This document shows positions 47,114 through 57,722 of a DNA stretch of 64,000 bases, one piece after another (position 1 is the first letter of the stretch; each line of letters opens with the position of its first letter). This DNA comes from Myxococcota bacterium (lineage in GTDB: Bacteria; Myxococcota_A; Polyangia; Nannocystales; Nannocystaceae). The DNA lies in assembly GCA_039028615.1 (NCBI GenBank), contig JBCCHT010000001.1, positions 576,001 to 640,000 of the forward strand. Direction: 5' to 3'. The position numbers and the translations under genes were made by a program. Below the pieces are notes generated by a model that worked only from the letters and a program-made list of their open reading frames with translations, did not search any database and had not been told where the DNA came from.

Positions 47114-48916
47114 CTATTTCGGGGCCGAAGGCACGGAGGCCACGCCGGGGATGGCCGCCACACCACCAACGGGCGGCAACAAGAAGGGCACGAAGCGACC
47201 CTGCTTCCACACCATCCAGCGCAGCGACGGATCATCCAGTGGAGCTTCGAAGCGCACTCGAACCGAGGTCGGGCGCCCGTGAGCGACGCCCAGAATCTCC
47301 ACGGACCACGTGCTCAGCTCCACCCGGTCCCCGACTCGCAGCGGATGGGCCGGCCCGCGCACCATCGTGGTGAAGGGATCGCCGAAGTAGCCCCCGACCG
47401 GCTGCAGCACCAGCGACTGCGCATCGGGCCGCTGCACGATCACGGGACCAAAGGTCGACCCCAGCGTACGTACGCGACGAGGCAAGCTGCGCCCGTCGTC
47501 GGCGGGGAGAAACCACATCGACGAGGGCACGAAGGTCGGCGGTGCATTGACGAGCACCAGGTCCTGCTGGGCCAGCGCCTCGTCGACCGGCATGCCCTCG
47601 GCGCTGCGTCCCTCGTGGGCATCGATCTCGGCCCCGCGCTCGAGGATCGTGTGCGGCAGGGTCCAGGCGGCCAGACCGAGGTGCACCACGACGACCGGCC
47701 CCGCCAAGACGCTGGCCAACGCCCGGCCCGACCAGCGCAGCTCGGAGTCGACGGCCACCGCCACCACTCCGGCCAGGGCCGCGCTGCTCCCCAGGCCGAC
47801 CAGAAGCAACAACCGGTCGCTCACCGCCGCCGTCGCGGTGGGGAGCAGTGCCGCCGCCGCGCCCAACAGGCACGCCGCCAGCCCCCGATCGCGACGCAGC
47901 CGGGGGCTCAGGGCGAGCACGAGCAACACCACCGCCAGCCCGGCGCCTCGCCGCGCCGAGGTCCACGGCAACGGTAGCGCCGCCCAGGTCTCGGCACTCG
48001 GCCACGCCAGCGTCGCCAGGCACGACGCCGCGAGACGATCGGGCAGCAACGAGACGAAGGTCCCCCACTCGCGCACCGGGTCGACATAGACGCCGGAACC
48101 GTAGGCCCCGTAGCCGAGGCCCTCGTAGGCCAGGCGCCACGCGACGACCACCGACACCAAGGGCCACAGGGCGACCAGGGCTCGACGGACCCGCACGCCC
48201 CGAGAGTCGTCCCCCCCCGCCAGCGAAGGCTCGACGAGCAACGCGTAGGCGCCCAGGTAGCCGAGGGCAGCGATGGCCGACTCGCCCGATGCCAGCGCCA
48301 ACGCCAGCGTCAGCGGCCCCCAGTAGCGCCCCGGTCTCCAGCCGTCGCGCCGCGCCCGGTCGTGCGCCAGCAAAGCGAGCACCACGAACACCGCGCTCAT
48401 CAGCGCGTTGCGTTGGGCGATCCAGCCGACGGTGATCGCATGCGCATCATCGACGGCAAACAGCAGGGTCGCGAGGCCGGCGACCCAACCGCCGCCGAGC
48501 CACCGATGCAGCAATCGACCCACCGCGAAGACCAGTGCCCCGTACCAGGCCAGGTTCTGAGCGTGCATCCACCATGCGGCCTCCGGCCAGACCGCGTAGT
48601 CCAGCCAGTGAGTCGCGGCCGCCAGCGGGCGAAGAAACCGCAGGCGCAGCTCGGGCACCGTCCACCACGGCGAGGCCCCGATCTCCATCGCCGCCCGGTT
48701 GTGGTCCGCGTCGCCCGATGTGATCGCGAACAGATCCCACCATGGTCCACGCGCATGACCATGCAGGCCCGCCTCGACCCACGCCCGGTGCAGGTGGTCG
48801 TCGAGCTCGAGCCCCTGCGTCAGCGCAGGGGTCATGAGCATCACGCCGATCGCAGCGGCGAGCCACGAAAAACGCGGGTCGGCGAGCACCGCAGCGACGC
48901 GTCGCAGCCATGGCAT
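47114..48916 (-). CDS. Polytopic membrane protein, GT-C-like
   Basis: GLELDDH after TM1, FLRPLAA, HAITVGWIAQRN, LASGE; many TM helices. Confidence 0.65.
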   Translation of the reverse strand: MPWLRRVAAVLADPRFSWLAAAIGVMLMTPALTQGLELDDHLHRAWVEAGLHGHARGPWWDLFAITSGDADHNRAAMEIGASPWWTVPELRLRFLRPLAAATHWLDYAVWPEAAWWMHAQNLAWYGALVFAVGRLLHRWLGGGWVAGLATLLFAVDDAHAITVGWIAQRNALMSAVFVVLALLAHDRARRDGWRPGRYWGPLTLALALASGESAIAALGYLGAYALLVEPSLAGGDDSRGVRVRRALVALWPLVSVVVAWRLAYEGLGYGAYGSGVYVDPVREWGTFVSLLPDRLAASCLATLAWPSAETWAALPLPWTSARRGAGLAVVLLVLALSPRLRRDRGLAACLLGAAAALLPTATAAVSDRLLLLVGLGSSAALAGVVAVAVDSELRWSGRALASVLAGPVVVVHLGLAAWTLPHTILERGAEIDAHEGRSAEGMPVDEALAQQDLVLVNAPPTFVPSSMWFLPADDGRSLPRRVRTLGSTFGPVIVQRPDAQSLVLQPVGGYFGDPFTTMVRGPAHPLRVGDRVELSTWSVEILGVAHGRPTSVRVRFEAPLDDPSLRWMVWKQGRFVPFLLPPVGGVAAIPGVASVPSAPK

Positions 48917-49001
48917 GCGTCCGCGAGTCTACTCGCCCGCGCTCGAATTACGCGATATGCCGCGCAGGCGGCCTTCCTTGGCCCCTGCGCCGTAGACCCG
49001 A

Positions 49002-49403
49002 CTAATCGAGTTGGGGAATGATCCCGTGGGTTTGCGAGCGCTCGATCTCATCGAGCAACGCCGCCTGGATGAGGTCCTCCGTGCGGTCCGACTGATGGAC
49101 GAACTCGATCCCCACGTACTGTGCTCCGCCGTCGTGGATGCCCTTGCGCGCGACTCGAGCCAGGACTCGAATGCGAGGGTGCTCGGGAATCTGTAGATCG
49201 ACTTCGACGACGGCGTCGATCGGGAGCGATGGACCTTCGGTCAGCAGCGCGCCGCAAACCGACAGGTTCCGTACGGTGTAAAACTGGTACCCCGCGGAGG
49301 TGCGCAATGTGGCTCGCACTTCGCTCAGCGTTCGCGGGAAACGGCGTCGCTCTTGCGCGCTGATTGCTGGTAACTCTTGCTCGACTACGTTTTGAATCTC
49401 CAT
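49002..49403 (-). CDS. Stand-alone PilZ domain protein
   Basis: ERRRFPR (RxxxR) and NLSVCG ([DN]xSxxG); GIEF. Confidence 0.9.
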   Translation of the reverse strand: MEIQNVVEQELPAISAQERRRFPRTLSEVRATLRTSAGYQFYTVRNLSVCGALLTEGPSLPIDAVVEVDLQIPEHPRIRVLARVARKGIHDGGAQYVGIEFVHQSDRTEDLIQAALLDEIERSQTHGIIPQLD

Positions 49404-49995
49404 TGCTTCATGCCCTTCGTCACACTTTCGAGACGAACAGGGGCCGCAATACGTCGCAAGTACGCGCCACCCACCAAAACCCGGGGGCGCCTACGGGCAT
49501 GACAATCAATCCAAAGTAACGATGCGACGAATCGCTCCGACCACCGGCTCGATCCGGTTTCCAGTGTACGGCAAACACCGGGCTTGAGAACCGCTTTTTT
49601 CGAAGAAATCGGTTCACGTGTATCGGTCGAACGGCGACTCGACTCATCAAAAAGACACGCGTAGAGCGGGTGCCGCAGCGCACTCGGTCATCATGCTTGT
49701 GACACCGAGGCGCGACCGCCGAGCTGTCATGGTCGATCGAGCGGGACCACATTGGTCCCTCCCACTCGCACTATCATTCATTGCTCCGATCGAGAGCATG
49801 TGATGCACGGTCGGTGGCTCGATGCCCGAGACGCCCGAGGCCGCATGAACCGACCCGGGCCCTTGGCTACCGGGGCGGATCGAGTGCTTCCGCATCGCCG
49901 CACACTCGTCGCTCACCGCAGCCAGTGGCGTTCGCAGGCGGGTCGATCCTGACCGCGCAGACGGGCGTGTGTCGTTGCCCTACTCTGAAATCACG

Positions 49996-51309
49996 ATGGC
50001 TGGCTCGACGAAGCTGCGCAACCCGACTCGCTGGGTCCTCACCGCCTACATCGCCGAAGGCGTTCCCTTCGCCATGGTGATCTGGGTGGCGGGCACCCTG
50101 TTCAAGGACTTGGGGCACTCGGACAGCGAGATCACGATCGCGACGGCCAGCGTCGGAATCGCGTGGTCGCTCAAGCCGCTATGGGCGGCCTTCCTCGACA
50201 TGTTCCGCACGAAGAAGTTCTTCGTGCTGGCCATGGAGGTGCTGATGGCCGCGACCCTGGTCGGCATCGCGTTCGCCCTGCCCATGGCGAACTACTTCCA
50301 GATCATCATCGCGCTCCTATGGGTGCTGGCCTTTGCGTCGGCCACCCAAGACATCTGCGTCGACGGCATCTACATCACCGCGCTCGACAAGGACAAGCAG
50401 GCCGCGTTCATCGGCGTGCAGGGCATGGCGTGGAACCTGGGGCGGGTCTTCGCGACCGCGCTCATCGTGGGCATCGCCGGCTACCTGCAGAGCAACGGCG
50501 GACAGGACGTCCAGACCGCGTGGACCTGGGCCATCTTGGCCTGCGCGGCCACCATGGCCGCCATGGCGACGTATCACTGGCTCGTGCTGCCCACGGGCTC
50601 GGTGGCGCGTCGCCCCGACGACGCCAAGGAGGTCGTGTTCACGTTCGGCCGAACCATCCTCGCCTTCTTCCAGAAGAAGTCGATCGTCGGGATGCTGGTC
50701 TTCGTGTTCTTGTTCCGCAGCGCCGAGGGCTTGCTGCTGGTCGAGGCCCCGCTGTTCTTGCAGGCACCCATCTCCGAGGGCGGCATCGGACTATCGCTGC
50801 TCGACAAGGGCATCATCGACGGCGGCATCTCGACCGGGGTCACCATCATCGGCGGCCTGCTGGGCGGGGTGTTCGTCTCCCGCTACGGGCTGCCGCGCAC
50901 GCTGTTCTTCCTCGCGCTGTGCATCAACATTCCCAACCTGACTTACGTGTACCTGAGTCAGGTCGCGGAGCCCGGCGTGCAGGTCTCGTTCACCACCGTC
51001 GCGGTGATGGCTGCCATCGAGAAGTTCGGCTACAGCTTCGGCTTCGTGGGCAACATGCTGTACATGATGCAGCAGATCGCGCCGGGCAAATACACGATGA
51101 CCCACTACGCGTTCGCGACGGCGCTGATGAACCTGGTGCTCGTGCCCACCCAGATGGCCAGCGGCCCGCTCGCGGACTGGCTGGGCTACCGGCACTTTTT
51201 CATCTTCGTGATGGTCGCCACCATCCCGTCGCTCATCGCCGCCTGGTTTGCGCCCTTCCCCAACCCGCAGAGCAGCGACGAGGCCGACGCCGAGCCGCCC
51301 CCCGACTGA
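49996..51309 (+). CDS. AmpG-like MFS permease
   Basis: YIAEGVPF, WSLKPLWA, SATQDICVDG, THYAFATALM; about 12 TM helices. Confidence 0.9.
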   Translation: MAGSTKLRNPTRWVLTAYIAEGVPFAMVIWVAGTLFKDLGHSDSEITIATASVGIAWSLKPLWAAFLDMFRTKKFFVLAMEVLMAATLVGIAFALPMANYFQIIIALLWVLAFASATQDICVDGIYITALDKDKQAAFIGVQGMAWNLGRVFATALIVGIAGYLQSNGGQDVQTAWTWAILACAATMAAMATYHWLVLPTGSVARRPDDAKEVVFTFGRTILAFFQKKSIVGMLVFVFLFRSAEGLLLVEAPLFLQAPISEGGIGLSLLDKGIIDGGISTGVTIIGGLLGGVFVSRYGLPRTLFFLALCINIPNLTYVYLSQVAEPGVQVSFTTVAVMAAIEKFGYSFGFVGNMLYMMQQIAPGKYTMTHYAFATALMNLVLVPTQMASGPLADWLGYRHFFIFVMVATIPSLIAAWFAPFPNPQSSDEADAEPPPD

Positions 51310-51535
51310 GCGGCTCAGACATGACCGCCGGTCTCGGGTTGAGCCGGCCACACCTCGGGGCTCGGAATCCATGCGGATTCCGGGCCCTGCTCGCGTTCGC
51401 GTCGGGAGCGCAAAAACCGACACCGAGCGTCGAAAAAGAATCATCAATTGCCCCGACATGTCGCCTCTATGGCTCCGGGGCGGCTCGCTGCCACCACTGG
51501 TTTTGGCTTTCGCGAGCCTCTGAAGGCACCACTGC

Positions 51536-52909
51536 ATGGAACTCGACCAACCCTCCCGCCCTCATCTTCGCGCCTTGGTAGCCGGGGCCGCCCTACTGTC
51601 GTGGGCCTCTGGCTGCACCGAATCGCCGGAGTTCGGGACGTTCGGCACTCAGGGCGACGGCGGCGTGTCCATCGGCGACACGACCCCCACCGGGACGGCG
51701 GCGACCGAGGCGGACGATGGCGAGGACGAGACCGGCGAGAAGCTGGACGCGGGCAGCAGCAACACGGGCCAGCCCCCCAACTGCGGTGAGGGCGGAGGCG
51801 GCATGGGCCTCCAAGAGGTCGAGTTCAGCAACATCTGGGTCGCCAACAGCCCCCAGGGCACCGTCTCCCGCATCGACACCCGCACGGGCGAAGAGATCGG
51901 CCGCTATGCGACCGGCCCCACCACGGGCTCCGACCCCTCGCGCACCACGGTGAACCTCGTCGGTGACATCGCGGCCCTCAACCGCGGCGACGGTGGCTCG
52001 GTCATCAAGATCGCGGCCGAGGAGGAGCGCTGCATCGACCGCAACGGCGACGGCACCATCCAGACCTCGACCGGCCCCGATAACGTCCTGCCCTGGGACG
52101 AGGACGAGTGCGTGGTGTGGAGCAAGACGCTGCACGCCGGGGCTCGAGCGGCCGCCTGGGACTCGGGCAACGACCCCGAGCAAGAAGATTGCGTGGGTGA
52201 GCCGAGCCTGTGGGTGAGCGCGCTCGATACCGGTTCCACCGTGCACGTCTGGCGCCTGGCCGGCGAGACCGGCGACGAAGAAGGCACCGCCACCATCTCC
52301 GGCTGGGACGGCTCGGCCGAGTGGGGTGGGCTCTACGGGGGCGCCGTGGACCAGGGGCGCAACTTCTGGGCCATCGGCAAGACCAACGCCGCCTTGTTCC
52401 GCGTCGACTTCGAGACGATGGACGTCCAGCGCTGGGATGCGCCGGGTGTCGATCGGCTCTACGGCATCGCGATGGACAAAGAGGGCAACCCCTACGTCAC
52501 CGCCGAGTTCAACAACCAGCTGCTGCGCTTCGACGTGGCCTCCGAGAGCTGGGAGACGCTCGCCACCGTCGACGGGATCCTCCGGGGTCTGGCCGTCGAC
52601 GGGGATGGCGATGCATGGATCGCGACCAACCAAACTTGTGGCATGGCTCGTTACCACCACAATGACGGAAGTGTCGACTTGATCAACCTACCGGAGTGCA
52701 ACATCCCGGTAGGAGTGAGTATCGACATCGACGGATTCGTATGGGTCGTCGACCAATGGGCGGGTGCGCCTCCCTTCGGTCGAGCCCACAAAGTCGATGC
52801 AGAAACCTATGGCATCGAGCTCACGGTCATGGGGCTCGACACACCCTATACCTATTCCGACATGACCGGTGCGGGGCTGAATTTGGTCTCCCACCCGCCT
52901 CAGGGCTAG
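51536..52909 (+). CDS. Beta-propeller (Vgb/NHL-like) lipoprotein, paralog 1
   Basis: ASGC lipobox; IWVANS..TVSRIDT, PSRTTV, DRNGDGTIQTS, DECV.W, C-terminal PYTYSDMTG. Confidence 0.8.
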   Translation: MELDQPSRPHLRALVAGAALLSWASGCTESPEFGTFGTQGDGGVSIGDTTPTGTAATEADDGEDETGEKLDAGSSNTGQPPNCGEGGGGMGLQEVEFSNIWVANSPQGTVSRIDTRTGEEIGRYATGPTTGSDPSRTTVNLVGDIAALNRGDGGSVIKIAAEEERCIDRNGDGTIQTSTGPDNVLPWDEDECVVWSKTLHAGARAAAWDSGNDPEQEDCVGEPSLWVSALDTGSTVHVWRLAGETGDEEGTATISGWDGSAEWGGLYGGAVDQGRNFWAIGKTNAALFRVDFETMDVQRWDAPGVDRLYGIAMDKEGNPYVTAEFNNQLLRFDVASESWETLATVDGILRGLAVDGDGDAWIATNQTCGMARYHHNDGSVDLINLPECNIPVGVSIDIDGFVWVVDQWAGAPPFGRAHKVDAETYGIELTVMGLDTPYTYSDMTGAGLNLVSHPPQG

Positions 52910-53125
52910 TTTTTCGTCAACGTCCACAAGTCCGCGCGCCTCGCCGGCACCACCTCGTGGGGTGGGCCGGACGAGGCGTCGTCTTTTGTGGCACTTCGCC
53001 GATCTCGCACGACCTCGGAAGGGACTATTCCGTTCCAAATCGAGTCCTGCAAAATTGGCCGATCTCATGACTCGATGTGACGATCATCGTTGTATTCCGC
53101 CCACACATCTGCATATGCTCCCACC

Positions 53126-54601
53126 ATGGGATGGAGATGGTGGGCCGCAACGGCGGCGGGGGTTTGTAGTGTGCTTTCGACCGGCGCGTGCACCAATGAC
53201 GTGCCCTTCGATGGCTTCACGAACGGTACGGCAGGCACGCCTACGATAACCGCTGCCGACGGCACCGCCGACGCTACGGCGACCGCCGCCGCCGACGGCA
53301 CGGCCGACGGCTCCGGCGGCGGCGAGCTGCTCGATGCCGGCGGTGGCACGGCCGGCATTCCCTGCAAGGGCGGTGGCCCCAGCGGCGAGGTCGAGTTCAG
53401 CTACGCCTGGATCGCCAACTCGCCCGATAGCACGATTTCCAAGATCGATACCTACACCGCCACCGAGGTCGCCCGCTACAGTGTCTCGGCCGTGCCCGCG
53501 GGTACCGTGCTGGTGGGCCCCTCGCGCACCTCGGTGGGCATCTACGGCGACATGGTCGTGGCCGACCGCAGCGGCGGCCTGGCCAAGATCTACGCCCGCA
53601 CCGACGAAGACTGCGTCGACCTCGACGGCAACGGGGTCATCGATACCTCGCAGGGCTCCACCGCCCTGCCCTATGGCGCCGACGAGTGCCTCGCCTGGCA
53701 CATCGAGATTCCCCGCGCCGAAGGCATCTACGAGGACCGCCGCGGGCCTCGAGCCGTGCAGTGGACGGGCCCGCGCTCGTGCGACTTCGCCGATGCCGAC
53801 GTCTGGGTCGCGTTCTGCAACGAGACCGACGACGACGTCACCGTATGGCTGGTCGACGGCGAGACCGGCTTCATCGACGTCGAGATCCCCATCCCCAACT
53901 TCAACTGCGAGATGATGGGTCCCTACGGTGGTGCGCTCGACCCCGACAACAACTTCTGGTTCGTCGACGGCGACACCGAGCACAACCTTTATCGCGCCGA
54001 CATCGACTGCCAGCCGAGCGCCGACAACCCCTGCTATGAGCGCTTCGTCCCGCCCGACGCCAACATGGACGCGTATGGCATCACCGCCGACCGCTACGGT
54101 CGCGTGTGGATGGCGGGCGTGAACAACAGCCTCTACTACTACGACATCGACAGCGGGCAATGGTTCAACTTCAAGGCCGAGGTCGACGCGTTCTTCAACG
54201 GCCTGGCCGACTCCCTCGGGGGTGATGCCGACGCCCTGCGGGTCAACATCCTGCGCGGCCTGATGATGGACGCCGACGACACCCTTTGGATCGCCACCGT
54301 GCAGGCCTTCGGCGGCGGGCCCTACCCCGGCGTGCTGCGAGTGGACACCACCACGTCGCCGTTCACCTATCAGTACTACAGCAATGAGACGCTCGGCCCC
54401 GAGCTCCAACATGCGGCCGGCATCAGCATCGACGTCGAGGGCAGCGTGTGGCTGGTCGACACCTTCAGCAACGCCGCCTACAAGATCCCGCCCGAGGCTC
54501 CGTCCAACTACATTCGCGTGGGTGGGCTCAACCAGCCCTATACGTACAGCGACATGACCGGCTTCGGGCTCCTCCAGATCGCCACCACGCCGACCGGCTA
54601 A
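53126..54601 (+). CDS. Beta-propeller (Vgb/NHL-like) lipoprotein, paralog 2
   Basis: TGAC lipobox; AWIANS..TISKIDT, PSRTSV, DLDGNGVIDTS, DECL.W, PYTYSDMTG. Confidence 0.8.
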   Translation: MGWRWWAATAAGVCSVLSTGACTNDVPFDGFTNGTAGTPTITAADGTADATATAAADGTADGSGGGELLDAGGGTAGIPCKGGGPSGEVEFSYAWIANSPDSTISKIDTYTATEVARYSVSAVPAGTVLVGPSRTSVGIYGDMVVADRSGGLAKIYARTDEDCVDLDGNGVIDTSQGSTALPYGADECLAWHIEIPRAEGIYEDRRGPRAVQWTGPRSCDFADADVWVAFCNETDDDVTVWLVDGETGFIDVEIPIPNFNCEMMGPYGGALDPDNNFWFVDGDTEHNLYRADIDCQPSADNPCYERFVPPDANMDAYGITADRYGRVWMAGVNNSLYYYDIDSGQWFNFKAEVDAFFNGLADSLGGDADALRVNILRGLMMDADDTLWIATVQAFGGGPYPGVLRVDTTTSPFTYQYYSNETLGPELQHAAGISIDVEGSVWLVDTFSNAAYKIPPEAPSNYIRVGGLNQPYTYSDMTGFGLLQIATTPTG

Positions 54602-54625
54602 GCCGGATCCAATCGGTCTCCAGCA

Positions 54626-54655
54626 ACGCCACGCGCCCGGCCGGTCGCGTGGCGT
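54626..54655 (+). terminator. Hairpin after the second propeller gene
   Basis: acgccacgcg...cgcgtggcgt 10-bp inverted repeat; no T tract. Confidence 0.45.
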
Positions 54656-54797
54656 CGTGCGTTCGGGCGTGACCGCGCTTGGCAGTCGCGCCAACCTGGT
54701 TGGCGTCCGAGGTTCCCGTCATGGGCCCGAATCAACGTTCCTCGGGCGAATCAGGCCGGGACAGGGCTGGCATGTCGTTTGCTGTCATCTTGGGTCG

Positions 54798-56492
54798 ATG
54801 GGGTCTCGGTGCACTCGCTCGCTCCTGTTGAGCACGGCCGGCGTTCTGCTCGGCTGTGGGGACCCAGTGGCGATCGAGCCCGAGCCGGCCCCCACCAGCG
54901 TGCACGGTGAGCCCTGCGACGAAGCGCCGGTGCCTCCCACCTACGAGGTCATCGACGAGCACTGCAATGCGTGCCAGTGCCTGGACGGCGCGTGGAGCTG
55001 CTTCGACGCGGGCGACAGCTGCATCCAAGCAGCGCTGGCCGATCGTCGGGCCGAGGTCCTCGTCGTGGTGGACGACTCCTCCTCCATGGGTGCGCAGCGC
55101 CAGGCTCGGCTCGCGCGGGGCTTGTCGTCGCTGACGCAGGCGCTCGCCACTGTGGCCGATCCGGTGCGGCTGCGGGTCGGCATCACCACCACCGATCTCG
55201 GCAACCCGGTCTGCGATCCGGCGACCGCCAAGGACGGCGAGCTGCTCGTGCGCAGCTGTCAGGAACATCTCGACGACTTCGCCCCGCCGGTCGGCCTCAC
55301 CGAAGTCTCGATCCCGGACGACGCGGCCCAGCTCGCCTGCGAGGCCCACTGCGAGCTCCCCGAGCTTCGCACCACGCCGACCCCGACCGCTGTCGATCCC
55401 ACCGCGCGAGCCCGCCCCTGGCTCGAGCGCTACGGCGAGACCACCAACATCGAAGGCGACGCCAGCTTCGACCAGGCGCTGGCCTGTGCGCTCCCCCAGG
55501 GCCTGCGAGGCTGCGACTTCGAGTCACCGCTCGAGGCCACCCGACGAGCCCTCGAGCGCTCCCAGGACCCCAGCGACCCGATGTACGGCTTCGCGAGCGA
55601 GGACTCGTCGCTCACCGTGCTGGTGGTCACCGACGAAGTCGATTGCTCGTCCAACGAGCCGTGGGACACCGTGTTCGATCCCGAGGGCACGCGACGGTTC
55701 TGGAGCGACCCCGAGGCGGACGCACCGACCTCGGCGGTGTGCTGGAAGACCGGAGTGCAGTGCAGCGGAGGCCCGGGCGTCTACGATGGCTGTGAGGCGG
55801 TCAACATCGACACCGCCGAGCACGTCGGCATCCCCAACGACAACGCCGTGCTCGTCCCCATGGATTGGATCGTGCGCGACATCTCGCGCAGCGGCCCGCG
55901 CGACATCAACTTCAACGTCATCGGCGGGGTCCCGATCGGCTACTCCACGGGCGAGGCCGAGCTTCAGTACAGCGATGCGCTCGACGATCCCGCGCAGGCG
56001 CAGCAGTACGGCGTGGGGCCGGGCTGCGTCGAGCAAGCGGGCCAAGCCATGCCCCCGGTACGCATGCTCGCCGCCGCCTCGCGCCTCGGTAGCCGCGGCC
56101 GCTCGGGCGTGTACTCGGCCTGCGCCGACGACTATGGCCCCGCGCTCGCGCAGGTCGGGCAGACCATCGCCGACGACCTCGACCCCGGTTGCTATTCGGC
56201 CTGCGCGGCGCTCGACCCGGAGCCCGAGTGCGTCGTGTGGAGCGAGGTCCCCCAGCCCGACGGGACCATCGACCACGTCGAGCTGCCGGCCTGCGAGGGC
56301 GATCGGCCGCCGCAAGGACACGGCCAGTGCTACGTGACCCGCCACGGCGACACGCTCACCGACGAGTGCCGAGCGTGGGGGTACAACCTGGAGCTGGCCC
56401 TACGCCACGATCCCACCGCGGTGCCCGCGGGCGGCCCCGCGCTGGCCGTTTGCCGCGCTTCGGAGTCCCCTGGCACCGACTGCGGCGGTTGA
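54798..56492 (+). CDS. Cys-rich vWA-domain lipoprotein
   Basis: LLGC lipobox; VVVDDSSSM MIDAS, GITTTDLGNP, GCDFESPLE, VTDEVDCS. Confidence 0.8.
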   Translation: MGSRCTRSLLLSTAGVLLGCGDPVAIEPEPAPTSVHGEPCDEAPVPPTYEVIDEHCNACQCLDGAWSCFDAGDSCIQAALADRRAEVLVVVDDSSSMGAQRQARLARGLSSLTQALATVADPVRLRVGITTTDLGNPVCDPATAKDGELLVRSCQEHLDDFAPPVGLTEVSIPDDAAQLACEAHCELPELRTTPTPTAVDPTARARPWLERYGETTNIEGDASFDQALACALPQGLRGCDFESPLEATRRALERSQDPSDPMYGFASEDSSLTVLVVTDEVDCSSNEPWDTVFDPEGTRRFWSDPEADAPTSAVCWKTGVQCSGGPGVYDGCEAVNIDTAEHVGIPNDNAVLVPMDWIVRDISRSGPRDINFNVIGGVPIGYSTGEAELQYSDALDDPAQAQQYGVGPGCVEQAGQAMPPVRMLAAASRLGSRGRSGVYSACADDYGPALAQVGQTIADDLDPGCYSACAALDPEPECVVWSEVPQPDGTIDHVELPACEGDRPPQGHGQCYVTRHGDTLTDECRAWGYNLELALRHDPTAVPAGGPALAVCRASESPGTDCGG

Positions 56493-56505
56493 GCGCGACG
56501 GCAGC

Positions 56506-57603
56506 TCAGGGTGGTGAGCGCAGAGAGTGCAGGTCCTCCGGGTCGAAGCACAGCGTGATCGCGGACTCGGCCGTGTGCTGGCAGACGGTACGGCCCCGCG
56601 GGTCGAAGTCGAAACAAAAGCGGCTCCCCTCGGTCCGACGACGATGGTCGTGGAGCAGGAGACGGTGGGCACCGACGTCCCCCGCGGGCGTACCATCGGA
56701 AAACCAGATCGGCGTGTGGGCGTGCGCCACGAGATCGCGCGGACCGAAGCCGCCACAGGTCGTACCCTTCCCGATGAGCGGCGGTGCCACGCTGTATTCG
56801 ACCCCCTCGGTCTCGCCCCTCACCCGTGCACAGGGAGCCCTCAGCTCCACCTGCGTATCCATCACGCGCCGGGCGCGGGTGTGTTTGTGGAGCGTGACCG
56901 AGACCTCGTCGTTGCCGGGCAGGTCGCACGCATCGCCGCAGTCCGGGTCGACGAAGCGCTGGACCTCACCGACAGAGGAGTAGATCGGTCGATACACCCA
57001 GCCGATGGAGTCCGCGGCGATCGGCACGGTGATGGTCATCGTGTCCGTCGTCACCTCGACGCGCTCGTCGCTGGGCTCGGGGGACGACGAGACGGGCAAG
57101 CCCGGCCACAGCTCGACCCACATCGTGCCGAACCGCGCCCGGAAGCGCTCCGTGAGCACGGGCTGGAGCTCGTCTCGGTGGACCCACAACGAGACGTCGA
57201 CGCCGCGCAACAGCGAGCTGTGCCCCGCGTGGCAACCCGTGGACTCGTAGTTCTGTGGCCCGCTGAGGATGCCGTAGTAGTCACCCCGTCGACGGGTGGC
57301 TCGAACGACGACGAGGTTCCGCTGCGGCTGCAGGTGCTCGGCCGCGTCGGGTGGACGCAGGGGGCTGGACTGCGCCGTCTCGTTGGGAGCGATCCGCACT
57401 CTGGCATCGGGCCGAAGGAGGACGAAGCCGAGCAAGGGCTCGTCGACGCTCGCGGGCGCGGTGACCGAAGGCGCGGACGATGGCTCCGCGACCGGAGCGC
57501 AGGCCCACCCGAGGGCCACGGCCCCCCACAGGGACCGGGCAAGGCATCGACCCGCAGCGGCGGGCGAGCGGGGGCGAGCGATGGAGGCTGAGGGCCGGGG
57601 CAT
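56506..57603 (-). CDS. Hypothetical lipoprotein
   Basis: ORF fills the gap between neighbours; GWAC lipobox-like; start uncertain. Confidence 0.55.
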   Translation of the reverse strand: MPRPSASIARPRSPAAAGRCLARSLWGAVALGWACAPVAEPSSAPSVTAPASVDEPLLGFVLLRPDARVRIAPNETAQSSPLRPPDAAEHLQPQRNLVVVRATRRRGDYYGILSGPQNYESTGCHAGHSSLLRGVDVSLWVHRDELQPVLTERFRARFGTMWVELWPGLPVSSSPEPSDERVEVTTDTMTITVPIAADSIGWVYRPIYSSVGEVQRFVDPDCGDACDLPGNDEVSVTLHKHTRARRVMDTQVELRAPCARVRGETEGVEYSVAPPLIGKGTTCGGFGPRDLVAHAHTPIWFSDGTPAGDVGAHRLLLHDHRRRTEGSRFCFDFDPRGRTVCQHTAESAITLCFDPEDLHSLRSPP

Positions 57604-57722
57604 GGGAACGCGGCGACGGGCATGGACAACCTGCCGCGCTCGAGGTTCCCACGGAGGCGCAGACGCAACAACGCCGCGCGAACCGAGTCGGCTCGCGCGG
57701 CGCAGTGAACGAGAGGCGGCGA

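Noticed and set aside
49565..49620. GGCAAAC-containing stretch near PilZ as a c-di-GMP-I riboswitch
   Set aside because: Lacks the GAAA tetraloop and GACGCAAAGC elements, and is on the strand opposite to PilZ.
49404..49980. Small ORFs or ncRNA in the roughly 580-bp PilZ-ampG intergenic region
   Set aside because: Short ORFs lack RBS and motifs, and I recognise no RNA family; an sRNA cannot be excluded without Rfam/Infernal or RNA-seq.
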